Assembly: GCF_006345805.1 (NCBI RefSeq)
Contig: NW_021831988.1
Span: 1-64,000, forward strand
DNA: 64,000 nucleotides
Direction of reading: 5' to 3'
DNA from: Octopus sinensis
Lineage: Eukaryota
Position numbers and translations under genes: made by a program. This document shows positions 52,053 to 64,000 of the stretch, piece by piece (position 1 is the stretch's first letter; each line of letters begins with the position of its first letter). The notes under the pieces are model-generated. The model had not been told where the DNA came from. It made no database searches and was given only the letters and a program-made list of their open reading frames with translations.

Positions 52053-53437
52053 ATCTAGAGCATTTTTTCACAAGACATCTATATTCCCAGTCGTCTAATA
52101 ATGATCCGAGTTTCGTTGGTTTCCATTTTTCACCTGTAAACTGGCTTTTCTTTTTGACAGTTTAGACTTAATTAAAGATTCAAATATTTTAATTTTGAAT
52201 TTATATTTCTAATTATTGTCGTCAAAGCTTAAATTTTGCTTTAACTCAGATTGATGGAAATTAAATAATTATTTAATGTCGGAGATTGTAGTACATAAAA
52301 AATTATAAATAGATTCTAGCTAAAAAAGATTATCGAACGGGCTATTTGTTGTGGCTAGATTAATTTGAGACTTTATTTTTCAGAGTTAACATCAATTATT
52401 ACAATCGGCGGAGTAAAGAAACCGTTCCCGGCTCTCGGCACTCTCTAAAAACAATTCATCGAACCGACAATTGGGTATGGGAATTAATCTCTCATGGTCC
52501 AACCGCCTTAAAATTGAGACTACAATATGCCGAGCTGCGGCTAGCATAATGCAAATTTCCAATTTGAACAATATTATTCCAAGTCCACTTGACCACCCGA
52601 TTAAGAAAGATGGAAAGGGCTTCTTAGCCCTTTAACAGAACCAACTGTCAAAAGACCATCATATGTCAATTAGCAACCCCAATTCAATTCCTTACGAAAA
52701 CTGTTCCCCGTCCGTTCCGCACTTGCGTTGGGTTCAGAGTCTAACATCGGGAAAAGCTGAGAAAGATCTTTAGGATTGTTTGAATCACCTAATTAATTAC
52801 TCTAATTAACTGTTGGTGATTCTTGAGTTAAATGAAAAAATTATGACAATCGAAGTAAAAATTGGTAATAGATTTGTTGATGGCATGCTATAAATGAGTA
52901 GTTAGCTTCTGAGCTGAGCATGGTTGAATTATTCTGTCTACGCCTCGGCCTACTCGTTTCGATCAATGCCGCTGCGGAGCGACAAGTTTGGCTAACATTT
53001 TCTTTTATTTCGTAACAGAATTGGACGCTTTTCACGACATGGCGGATTAAATCAATCATTCGTTGGTCTCTTACAACTGGAACCACTTTAAATAATGTCA
53101 GCATATCAAAACTAAACAAAACTTGCTGTTGGTCATTTAAACTAGTATTTAAGCTTAGTCTGAGTGATCATATTTTTGATTGCGTGGATCGTAAAACCCA
53201 TGCTGCAAAAGAGAAACTTAGAAATATATCCAGTCCTATTTGAAACGGCCTCAGATGAGGGGACTATACAGACAGTTTCTAGACTACCGATAAAACCCAG
53301 GAGAATCTTTTAATTGCGCAGAATGCCTTTAAATCAGAGAGCTGGTGACTAAGTTTATTGATTGTGAGGCATATCTGTGATGGGTAATCGAACTGGTCAA
53401 TATAAGAACACAGATTGTCGATATTGCCGACAAACAC

Positions 53438-54911
53438 ATGCAATTGCTTTCCCTGATTTTAATATATTTGTCTCAAAGCTATATCAATCACGAACAAAAC
53501 CTGTTTAACGAGATCATGAAGCGAAGTCGAGGATATGCAAAAATGACGAGACCCGTCGCAGAAAACTCTGAGCCCCTCATCGTCTACATTGGCCTGGTTC
53601 TGCGGGAGATAGTCAGTGTGGTTGCATTTATGTGGTTGAGCGTTGTAGGACACCAAGAATCAAGTGATCACGTTTGATGTACGAATGCAGCAGGTTTTCC
53701 ATAACTCTGAACTGTACAGAGATGGGAGGACCCCTTTCTGGCTTGGAATAGGAGTGAGTTTGGAAATATCACGGAAATCCGTCTTCCTTCCAACACGATC
53801 TGGACACCGGACATTGTGCTCTACGACAAGTTTGTTGTCTGCCTCATTCACAGTGCCGCTGGACGGTTCCAGCTGGACCATTCAACCAAGTTGGGGCTGA
53901 CACATCTTGGGAGCGTGAATTGGGAGCCTTCAATGATCTACAACAGTTTCTGTGACATCAACGTGGCAAGATTCCCTTTTGACGAACAAGAGTGCAAAAT
54001 GAAGTTTAGTTCGTGGACGTACAACAGTCTGCTTGTCGACCTCCAGCCGTCATCTACGAGCTACAAGCGTGAGAACAGGAGCGTGAACGTGGACTTGACG
54101 GAATATACAGAAAGCATCGAATGGGAACTGGCCAACGCGAGTGTAAAGAAGAATGTCCGCTTCTACAAATGCTGTATTGAGCCATTCGTCGATGTCACCT
54201 TTTACTTTTCTATCCGACGGAAGCCCATGTTTTATGTTATCAATTTTATCGTGCCATGTGCCATAATTTCTTCCTTGACTGTCCTTGTGTTTATCCTCCC
54301 GGCCGACAGTTGTGAGAAAATGACGCTCTGTGTGTCCATTCTCCAGATTATGACTGTGTACATTCTCTTCATGATTGATTTGATTCCCCCCACTTCTGTC
54401 GTCGTTTCTCTCATCGGACAGTACTTGCTTTTCACATTGCTCCTGGTCACGTGTTCCATAATTTGCACGGTCTTGGTCCTCAACGTCAAAGTCAGGTCTC
54501 CGGGGACTCATAACTTTACTCCTTCAGTCAGAAAAATATTTTTCGTCTATTTGCCAAAGCTACTCTGCATGAACAAGTGCTGCAAGAAGAAGATCGGGAC
54601 ATGCAGTCCTGTCCTCTTAGAGGCCCCTCAGCAAAACAACGATGACATTGAACTCGTCCAAAAAATGAGCCAACAATTCACAAAAATGCAAACCATGCAA
54701 AAACAGGAACAAATTGGCTTATTCTTAAAGGCCATTTACCAAATCACTGAATTTTTTAAAAAACAGAAAGAGGACGAAGAAGTACTCTATTTTAGATTTA
54801 TCCCAGGTTGATGACGACTGGAACACAGCAGCTGGAATCCTTGACCGTCTTTTCCTGATGGTGTTTGCTGCTTCATACTTCATAGGGACATACTCTATTC
54901 TCATTGCTTGA
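53438..54911 (+). CDS. Nicotinic acetylcholine receptor alpha-type subunit
   Basis: Signal peptide, IWTPDIVLY, Cys loop CDINVARFPFDEQEC, SWTY, vicinal cysteines FYKCCIEPF, M1-M3, and a last exon DWNTAAGILDRLFL (M4) after a 25-nt intron at 54782-54806. Stop at 54909-54911. Confidence 0.95.
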
Positions 54912-55199
54912 AATTCTTTAATCACTAACATTATTTAACTTTGCAAACTTTGAGTCCCAATATTTAAATTTTTATGCTGTGGAGAAAACATTTGTATGTT
55001 AGGGCCAAATTCGCTCCTTTTCCTAAAATTACCGAGCCGTTAACTGATCGAGGTGTATTTTAAAGTTTTGAATACAATTTTTAAATATTTGGAATATGTA
55101 GAATCGGGAGTCAAGACCTTTGATGATCATACAAATTTGACTGTAAAGGGCAAGCTTATTTACCGTGGAATTAGGCTAGTAAGTTACAATCCCAAATTA

Positions 55200-56300
55200 T
55201 TTTCTAAATTCCAATTGGAAATCAAATTTGGTTTTACAAGTTGTCTTAAAAAAGAGTTTGGAATTGCTTCAATCGATCACTATATTAGAAACTATGGAAT
55301 TGCAGATCATATGCATAAAAAAGGTTTTTTAAACGAAGAATATAATAAAAATGATATAGGAAATTCTACTTTATCTGAAATTTTGAAAAATAAAAACCAA
55401 TGAAAAAATAGTGAGAGCTCAAACACTTACTATATACAAGCTTCTAAAAATCATTATCTGCTTGAGAATTCATTGATAGAATGGATATCTCGAATGGATG
55501 CTATTAACGGATGCTATCTCAAACGGACTGGACATAGCAAGAAACCAAGGTGTTTCAAAGGATTCAATGTTGGAAAATACTGTCATTATTATGAAAATTC
55601 AAAAGCTTGGATGACCAGTTATTTGTTTAATTCCATGATGATGCTACTTGATGATGAACTGAAGCAATATAACAAAAAACTTATGTATTTCTTGATAACG
55701 CGTCAAGTTACATTTTGAAGAACAATTTTCTAAACATTGAAGTTATAAAGCTTCCAAAGAACTCAACTGCTAATCTTCAATCAATGGATGTAGGAATAAT
55801 AAAAATCTAAAGCATCATTACAGAAAAAAGTTATTGGCTGATTATATGAACTCGCTTGATCAATCATTAGAGTTTTTTGTTAATCTTAGACACGCAATAT
55901 TGTTACTTCACACAGCTTGGGCAAGTGTGAAACTATCAGTAATTATTTCAAAAAAGTTGGAATTATTCAAGATTTTGATGAGTCTTATGCTGAAGAAGAG
56001 TTGTCCCCATATCAAATTATTGAGGCACACAATAATGAGCTAGACCAAATTCTGATTTAAAAAGATATGCTTCAAACAGAAAAATCATTGATGAAGATTA
56101 AATCATTGTACTGTTTCAAGAAGAATACACTGTTGAAATATCATACTTAATGCTAGAGATGGTCAGAGAGTTACGATACTAGCCCAACCACTTTATTTGA
56201 TGCAATTCAAATTGTCATTAAATCAAGTTCTTGTTCGAATTGCTTTTCTCAAAATATAACAAACGATACTGTAAAAAATTTGAAACACATCTCGGATAAA
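55200..56300 (+). mobile_element. pogo/Tigger transposase remnant
   Basis: IGNSTLSEILKNK (HTH), KPRCFKG...YYENSKAWMTSYLF and ANLQSMDVGII, with stops and frameshifts. Confidence 0.65.
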
Positions 56301-56349
56301 ACACCAAATATTTAAGTATTTATTGAGTAATAAAAATTTATAATAGCAT

Positions 56350-56772
56350 TTTTTAAGCATCTATATTCTTTTTAGGACAATCTTCGTCTCTTATGCCCAA
56401 CTATCATAGTCGGTAAATAGAGGTCCTCATCCACTCTTATTCCTGATTCAGAAGAATCCTTCGGTTGACACTCAATCACTGCTTGCTCCTCTTCGGGAAC
56501 CGATATTCCATGTCTTGTCTCCACCTGCATACTCTCCAATGTTTTTCTTAAAACGAGTGTTTGGATATATGCCTTCACTCTGTCTTCCACTGCGATAGAA
56601 TCCAGATGACTTTTGAAGAATCTTGAGACAATTCCATCCCAAGTAAGTACAACAGGGATTATCTTCACTTTAGCCCGATGAATCGCCCCTAATTCATTTG
56701 CCAAAAGGTCATATTTGTGGAACTTTTCCACTTCAACTTGCTTTAGGCAATTTTGTGAGGTAATCCCAACTT
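56350..56772 (-). mobile_element. 3' end of an RLE-type LINE (endonuclease domain), 5'-truncated
   Basis: VGITSQNCLKQVEVEKFHKYDLLANEL...KIIPVVLTWDGIV is a PD-(D/E)xK-type C-terminal endonuclease signature. Followed by a short A-rich 3' end. Confidence 0.75.
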
Positions 56773-56931
56773 AATGAGTGTAATTGTATTCCTCATCTTG
56801 TCATGGACAAAAAAAACACTATATAAAGAACTTTATTCGATATTTTCAATAAATAATTGTGTTTATAAGCAGATTAGTAATTTGATCACTAACTTGATTA
56901 TTTATCTAACAATCATAAATTTTAGATTCCT

Positions 56932-58328
56932 TCATAATCCGAAGGAAAGCCGATTTGAATTTTTTGGATAATCGAGGGTTGACTGTAATAAGGTTAGAGA
57001 TGCGCCGAAAATTAAAAAATTATTTTTATCAGAAAAAAACTCTGAAGGTTGAATTTTTAGCTCGTTTTTGGTTTGATAATTATATAAATCAACTAAAAAA
57101 TATATTAAATTTATTAAAAAAATAATTTTCATTGTCAATTCTCGTCTTGCTTATTAAGTTTAGGACGCCCATTTATCTTGGTTGGCCTTCTGAGATTGAG
57201 ATTGACATTCTCGTGTCTTTTTATTGTTTCCGAAAAGATTAGTCTCTTTTTCCGCCTTATTGCCTGAAGGCTTTTCTGTGAATGAAGTGCTTTTCTGTCC
57301 GCGGAATGATTTTTTAAGAATGGGAGTTGTATCTTGAAACAAGTCCCTGTTCAAAGAATCGTCATAGTAAAAGCAGTTGACGTCACCCCCCAGCTAAAAA
57401 TATTTAAATTTGGTAATTATCAACAAAGCAGGTCGGCAAATCGTCAAAAAACAGTCCGCGGTCTTTTTGGGGAGGAATAAACGAGGAGGTATCTGAACTG
57501 GACTCGAAAATACCGGAATCGACTAAGTTCTGTTGAAATGAAATATTTATGTAACTTGAGGATAATTGTGATAATTCTTTACGGAGGAGTGACTTGAGGG
57601 TCGCCCACGGGGGGAGTACGAAGAACGGAAACTTCCTGGGTAAACGCGATTGTGTGGTGAGAGTGTGGGGTGGTTACTAATGAAATGTTAAATTGACCAG
57701 AAATGTAAAACATTGCCGAGCAGCTGTGCCAGGTGTCCATTTGTGGAGAGAAATATTGACGGGTCTATAATAGCAAGAACTAACTACTTTCTTGCAGGGT
57801 TGAAAATCAAAAAATGTCGATAATTCATCTAAATGAGTCATTAATGTGACTACTCAGATTGGAGTCGTTTTTAAGAACGCTTTTTGGCGAACTCGAATGG
57901 GCATTTGCTCGACTTTTCCGGTGTTGTGCACTGCCAAGTGGAGAATTCCGTGAAAAAATCTAATAAGGATTAAGATACAACATACTCGGGCAGAACCAGG
58001 ATTAATTGTTCCATGTGGAATCTTTGAACACGATCGAAAATATAATTTTTGGGAAATGGAAGAAGAGCATTCACTCTATATAAGGTAATTCCATTAATGA
58101 AGCAAATATTAGAGTCTTAGTCACTCAGTTGACTAAATTGCGTTTTAACTTAATCAGTTTAAGGGATATGAAACACTATAGTGCAAGATTAAGTACCTGA
58201 TTAAGTCCTCCGTGAAGGTCCTGCATGATTGCCTCAAATTCGGCAGTCTCTTGTCTTTGTTTAGTAGTGTGCATTGCGATTTTCTCGCTGAATTTTCTTG
58301 GGTTATCAGTAAGTTGATTCTGTTTCAT
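56932..58328 (-). CDS. CRTC: CREB-regulated transcription coactivator (CRTC/TORC)
   Basis: The first exon [38 protein letters not shown] matches the TORC N-domain [27 protein letters not shown]. Downstream exons and the stop are tentative. Confidence 0.75.
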
Positions 58329-58694
58329 AATCCAGGCAATCAAAATAAAAGAATCATTTGATTAAGCTTTTATTTTATAGTAGGTGTGTCGATGAATTAA
58401 TTTGGAAAAAATCTAAAATAATATTTCTTAAATAATTCTAAATATACATTAATCCAAAAGTTGGAAAAAATATTATTGAGCGATTCCCTTTGTTGCGTAC
58501 AAAAAGATTTCTTATTCAACTCGTCCTCCTTCGGTCGGTAGTTTTTGTTAAAATTGTTCTACTTATGTCAGAAGTTCAGTCGCAGCTTTGCTAACAATTT
58601 GAAGACAAGGAGGACAAACTCAAACAAACTTCTTTAATTGGAAATATTTTTTAAAAATTTCCAAATTTGTTAATAATTGATTTTTACAACTTAA

Positions 58695-60800
58695 ATGTCA
58701 AAAATAGCGCAGTTTAAACCCAATGGTGCGAGTGCGACAAAAAAGAATAATTTTAAGTTAGAAATAATTTTTCAACACTTGATTAGATTATCTATTGACT
58801 ATTGGAGTAACGCTGGTAGTTTACTTCCAATCGATGTATGGACTCGACTACCCACCGGTCGTAGCCAAGTACGTTGCTCTGACATTTGGAACACTTGCAA
58901 TGATCGCGAAGACATCTAAATTTTTGTCGGCCATAATTGTCATTTCAATTCCCGACTTTATAATAGGTCAGTCATTTCATATTATTTCAGCTAATCTCGA
59001 AACATTTATTCTCTCGATCCTAATGATCAGACTAAAGGAAGGCCCAGTTCAAAACATTCTTGACAACACAGAACAATTCGCATATTTATCTACATGTGTT
59101 CATAACTTCGCCACAAATTTTGCTCAAGGAATTGTTGACCAAGGAACGGTTCTTACTGAAAGTAAACTACTTTTCTAATGTTATTAGAAATTACAAATTC
59201 TGTTAGTGGACTGACAGGACATGTCAAATACACGATCGATAGATCAAAAGAAGTGGCGCTGGACAAATACAACGGTTTAATGGATGTGTTATGTAAGTTA
59301 TTTTGTTTTAATTCTCCAAGCTGGGGACCACGTGGACAAATGCAACATCTATCGAGATAAACTTGAGGGCAAATGGACCGGCATTTGCAATAAGCTTTCT
59401 TCAATTAGGCGAAAATGCGAGTTTATTTCAGTCTGAAATTTTTTAGAGAACTAGAAATAGGAGCCGGCGGGTTTGTTACAATAAGCCTGGTGATCATTAC
59501 TCCTATGTGCAATGTTATTCGTGACATTGAATCATACTGCTTTAACGGAATCTCCAAGTTCCATAGCACGTTTGAGGACTGCGAAAAAATCGTCAATTTT
59601 ACTCGCCATAAGGAAGGTTGGTTTTGTTCGCACAGATTTTATAGAATTGAAAAATCTACAACAACAAGCACTCAGCAAATACAACATGAATATAAATTTT
59701 ACTAATATCTTGAATCGGAAAACTGAGGTTAAAAGCAACCTGAAAGTTACTTTGGACAAAATTTCCATTTTTATTGGGTACGCAAAAAAAGTTGTCAGAA
59801 ATATTCATTTTTACGTAAAATCAGGAATGCTGATTCTGCTCATTTCACCTCTCATCCAGTATTTTTGTTCCATGTCTATTTGGAAGGGCATATAAGTATC
59901 ACGGAACATTCTGTTCTGACATAACTTACGACAATTATTTGATTACATCTAAATTAAGAGAACTCGATCAAAAAAGAGTAAATGACGGGCATACGTCAGT
60001 ATTCCCAATTCCCTCGCCTACTTGTCTCACATACATAGATATAGGTTTAGTGTTATTTTAGTATTTCTCAGGGTCCCCTAAACTCATTAAGAATGAGCTG
60101 TTGAAAATCCTCTTTTATTGCACTAAACTTGTTACTTTGGGAAGTTTTATTTTCGGAAGTATTTCCAGCAACTGGCTAATTTCAGGGGGCGCTTGGCAAC
60201 TTGTTAAGCTCACAAAAAAAGGAATTGACCAGCTAATGCCATGTTAGACAACTTGCACTAATTTCTTAGCATTTCCTAAAGTGAAAGTGGACGTAAATGG
60301 ATCAAAGGGCGTCTCTAATGTATACAACACAATCATATCGTCCTTCAACAATTTTCAGGCCAACGTAGAAATTAGCGACTTCAAGGAGTCCTTTAAATAC
60401 TGCCTTCCTAAAATAAATCCAATAGGCTTCAATGAGTCGATGATAATAGGTTTATTCGATTGATCGATCTTTAGTTGTATTATTTTTCCTGATCATCCTT
60501 ATACATATAATGAGGGTATATTTATTCCGACTGAGACCTTTCCTGGCGTCTAAAATATATCCACATTTGGCAGAACTACGAGCATTTCATTTATATGGAT
60601 GTTTACAATCCGCCAATCCACATTTCTCGTGTGATTTTCAACAAAATTCAAATGATCGAATAAGAGAAATGGATTCAGTAGACGATACCGAGCTCGATTA
60701 TTCTTATCAGTCAGAGTGGTATGTCCCTGATCATATACTTTTGCAACGTGAGGACATTGTCAATTTTCTAACTAAAAATGACAAAAAACATTTACTTTGA
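58695..60800 (+). CDS. DC-STAMP-domain multi-pass membrane protein (DCST1/2, SPE-42/Sneaky-like)
   Basis: FLSAIIVISIPDF...ILMIRLKEGPVQNILDNTEQFAYLSTC; YKYHGTFCSDITYDNYLITSKLRELDQK (resembles YL.D..FDN.YIT..F..ID); YLFRLRPFLASKIYPHLAELRAFHLY (resembles RLRR.I..FYFP.RE..R..FLY). Confidence 0.75.
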
Positions 60801-61649
60801 CATTTCTGAAAATTTATTTATTTATATCTCACATTTCAAAACTATTATACAATAAACTCTCTTAAATTTGCAATTCTTAAATTTTCCAATATTGGTTAGT
60901 CTCCAAAAAATTCCTGAAAACTAAAACAATAAAACTACATGTCTTTGATTTAGCGATCGACATATGACTCACAAAAAGGAATTTCTTTGTCACAAGCTGG
61001 AAAGATCATCTCACACATTTAAATAATAAACACCAAACAAAGATATTTCTTGAACAAGCAAAGACTTTCATTAACCACTACGTGAAAATTAGCTAAATGA
61101 ACATGAACAAAAATAACCACAACCCAATTCTCTTCTTGGACAAGAAAAACAATCAGATCTAATTACTATTTCCACTTTCCAAATCTACGAACTGATCAAA
61201 AATGGAAAAAAACTCACACGGAAAAGGAGCTGATGGCCTTTGTATATACCACTTGAAGAATTTGAGATCTAGACAGCCCACACTCTCAACAACATTATGT
61301 TCCCCTGTCAGAAAACAAAAAGCAAACCATCGTCACTCTTGCGGACCAACTGGGATCACTCTTCAAAATACCTCCCCAGAAAAACGGATCAACTATGTCC
61401 AAACAGATACATAACCACATTTCCACTCAGGTTATCAGATCACTCGAACACAATAAACTACTAGACTCCCTACCTCCCCTTATCGATGAATCCGAATCAT
61501 TGCTGAACAGAAAATCGGTGTAAATCTACCCAAAATCCGATTAGGGCACCATCTCCTCTTCCGAAGATCACATCTCTCTGTGCACTTAAATGACTTCTCA
61601 TGCCCTGGGCCACCTCAATCGTCTCCCACCACGAGCTCCGGTACTGTGG

Positions 61650-62110
61650 GAAAAAGTGCAAATATTGGGTTATAAGGATGACAACAACCTATCATTACGC
61701 CAAAAAATTTCCGATAGATTGAATATTTGTGGGAGGACAGTTAGCGCTATTTTATAAAGTCTCTAGTCAATTTTGGAACAATTCAAAACTAAAAATTTAT
61801 CTATAAAAACAGTCAAAAGTTAAAGTTCTGGCAACTTGATGAAAAACTTGTTGAGTGGATGGATTGGATGGAATCAAAAGGTAATTTTTTTAAACATTTA
61901 GGTACATTATTGGATGCTGCATTAATATCTAGTAAAACAGCTTTATCTTGAAAATTTCAAAAAAATCTTATGGTTTTTTGCCTAATTTCAAGAAAATCCA
62001 CGGATGAGCAAATTACATGGACAAATATGCCCTGAAATTTGCTTTTTCAAAATTTTCCGAAAATTTGACAGGAACCAAAAACAAAAAATTTGAGAGATTT
62101 TACTGCATGT
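61650..62110 (+). mobile_element. Possible pogo/Tigger N-terminal (CENP-B HTH) remnant
   Basis: QLDEKLVEWMDWMESK resembles the CENP-B-type HTH. A CAGTAAAATCTC-like inverted end lies near 62092-62104. Confidence 0.4.
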
Positions 62111-62240
62111 ATTTTCATTTGAAGTCTACCTTACCAATCCTTTAAGCATTTCACTTGCCCAGTACTCATTCATTTGTTAAATCAAACATAAAAACAGCAT
62201 TTAGGAACAGAACATAATTAAAAACAACAAAATGACACAG

Positions 62241-63620
62241 TCAATTGGAAGATCCTTTATGCCGAACAAAATTCCGCTTAAAAAACTTTTTCCGTGAACT
62301 AGTCGGTCTAGAAAAACGATTAAAATTGTTGGATGGTGAATCAACGTTGTTTGGCTGAGAAGACACTTCCACACGCTGGTCATCCATTCTTGTGAGATGC
62401 ATTCTGTCAAATAACTCATTCAGCTGGGATATTTGGGGAGGTGACTTATTGAAGGAAGCAGGAGAGACCCGCTGGTCGTTGAGTCTTCCCCCATCCACCC
62501 GCTCAATCAATTCTTCCAACGACTCGTTTAGTACAGGCACAGAATTGAGTTGACACAACCACTTGCTGGCATTCTCAATACCAGAATTAGTCCTCACACA
62601 ACACTCGTGGTGTCTCTCCGCATATTTTATTGCATCCTTGACCAAACCAAGACTATGAAAACACTCGCTAATGACGAGAGACACTTGCAGTGCCCGCTGG
62701 GGATCATCCCTGACTTGGGAATAAACTTTCTCGTACACCTCCAACGCCTTGATGTACTGCTCGGTCATCCAATATGAATATGCTAACGTCTCCATTGTTA
62801 GTAGACGCGATGGCCAGTCAGAATGGGCGTGGTCGATGGCAGAGGAATACCACGGAATGGCCTCCTCGATTTGATCAGAGAGAAGAAAACAATTTCCAAT
62901 ATTCACTTGGCAATCCGACACCAAAAACGAGTCCCCCGCCTTCCTGGCCTCCTCCAACCTCTGTTCATTAAATAGTCAAATCAACCAATTTATAATACTT
63001 CCTGGCGATGGGAAAGTGCCCGTTCAAATAAAAGCAGTAAGCCAGAAAGCCATGTGCATTCCCCAAATAATCCGAAGACGAAATATAATGTTTAATGTAG
63101 TAAGCAGATTTATCCAATAATTGATGGACTTTATTCTCCTCCAAATCCGGTCTTCTGGACATGATTAGATAGACTACTGCCAATGTCCAAAATGCCTTCC
63201 CCTTTAATTCCTTTCCATTTAAATGACTGCTATACTTTATTACGCAGTGAATTGGCTATTTTCATTTGAGAAGTCGTCAGGTCAATGGCATCGTCGAATC
63301 TGCCAAGTAGGCTGAGAACAGTCGCGACATTCCCCACTGCCTGTGCCTCCCCCATTCGATCTTTGATGTCCCTGTGAGTTATATTGAACGTGATACATGT
63401 TCAGAGATAAGTCCTTTTTGAATAAATTTAAGGAATCTTCATATTTCTCGAGATAAAAATAGGAACTTCCAAGGTGAGAATAAATTGAGCTTAAAAGCCG
63501 TTTATTGCCAGTACCAGCTTCTATGGCCTCTTCCAACAATTTGGCTGCTCCATTATAGTCCCGATTAACAAATCTTTGGGCACCGTGGAAGGCTAGTACG
63601 TCGCAGTTGGGAGAAGTCAT
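62241..63620 (-). CDS. GPSM1/2: Pins/LGN/AGS3 G-protein signalling modulator (TPR plus GoLoco)
   Basis: CDVLAFHGAQRFVNRDYNGAAKLLEEAIEAGTGNKRLLSSIYSHLGSSYFYL matches GPSM TPR1-2. GoLoco motifs LIERVDGGRLNDQR and LFDRMHLTRMDDQR. ATG at 63620. Confidence 0.9.
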
Positions 63621-64000
63621 TATATTGAGTGCTTGGTGGGTACTATTTAAACCAATATGCACCACAACAACAAAGTAATATTATTTAGCGCTCGATATTA
63701 CTAATTTAAATAGTTTAATTACAAACAAGGCTTTCTATAATACCAATAAATAAAATCCAGACGTCAACGTCAAAGAAAGGGGAAAAAAGTAATTTGTGTT
63801 TTGCAGTTAACAAAGGAGTAATAAAGCAAAAGATTATATTAGATATAAAAGTGAGTGATTCGAATAAGTAATTTAGCGGAAGTAAAAAAAGTGAAAAAAC
63901 ATGACATTCAAAAGTAAGAAATCAATCAAAATGGAAGAATCAAAAAATCAGATTAAGTAAGAAATCAGAATGCAAAAACCAAATCCATATTGACGCCCAG

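Larger units (their letters stand above)
49950..53400 (-). mobile_element. Degenerate RTE-like LINE interrupted by the hAT/Ginger nest
   Basis: Remnants DQFDY (APE tail), KAVGP, EKWKPTKLGSLLDD (open across the reconstructed empty hAT site) and NAFVLRILHYNSGTWGL...RAFQRRKP. These follow the RTE order KLGSLL...NAYVLPILLYNCGTW...AFHRR. Confidence 0.55.

Noticed and set aside
53436-53440. Divergent gene sharing a CATG start with the nAChR
   Set aside because: The minus-strand sequence downstream is better explained as a decayed RTE-like LINE.
1-64000. CRISPR arrays, rRNA or prokaryotic defence systems
   Set aside because: No regularly spaced repeats or rRNA signatures were seen, and the window is eukaryotic nuclear DNA.

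Overview
This is AT-rich, gene-dense nuclear DNA from an animal. The spliceosomal introns are extremely short (mostly 22-31 nt in the GC-richer genes), so the ORF track shows exon fragments rather than genes. Bilaterian-type genes plus such tiny introns point, by inference, to a dicyemid mesozoan or a similarly reduced parasite. Host genes recognised by eye, in order: XPO6, LETM1, a Bcl-2-like gene, Ku80, a coiled-coil protein, SF1, a Shaker-type Kv channel, MRPL41, condensin NCAPD2, frataxin, an RFX factor, CFAP53, a nicotinic acetylcholine receptor alpha subunit, CRTC, a DC-STAMP-domain protein and Pins/GPSM. Transposon nests lie at about 9-22 kb and 50-56.8 kb. They contain LINE fragments (CRE-like, RTE-like, Jockey/I-like and another restriction-like-endonuclease (RLE) type), pogo/Tigger remnants, Buster-type hAT elements and two TG...CA Ginger2/Tdd-like integrase elements with 5-bp target site duplications (TSDs). 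Main findings: (1) two near-identical head-to-head hAT copies with cross-swapped TSDs flank a 193-bp segment that is flipped relative to the host integrase gene; (2) both ion channels carry non-canonical gate residues (nAChR L9'Q; Kv with an S4 charge deficit, a TVGYG-to-AVGYG filter and PVP-to-PIS); (3) the U2AF-binding Trp of SF1 is replaced by Phe in this micro-intron genome; (4) the Ginger integrases carry host-sized micro-introns; (5) all four 3n introns checked contain in-frame stops. All protein identities come from motif recognition, not database searches. Several gene ends are approximate.
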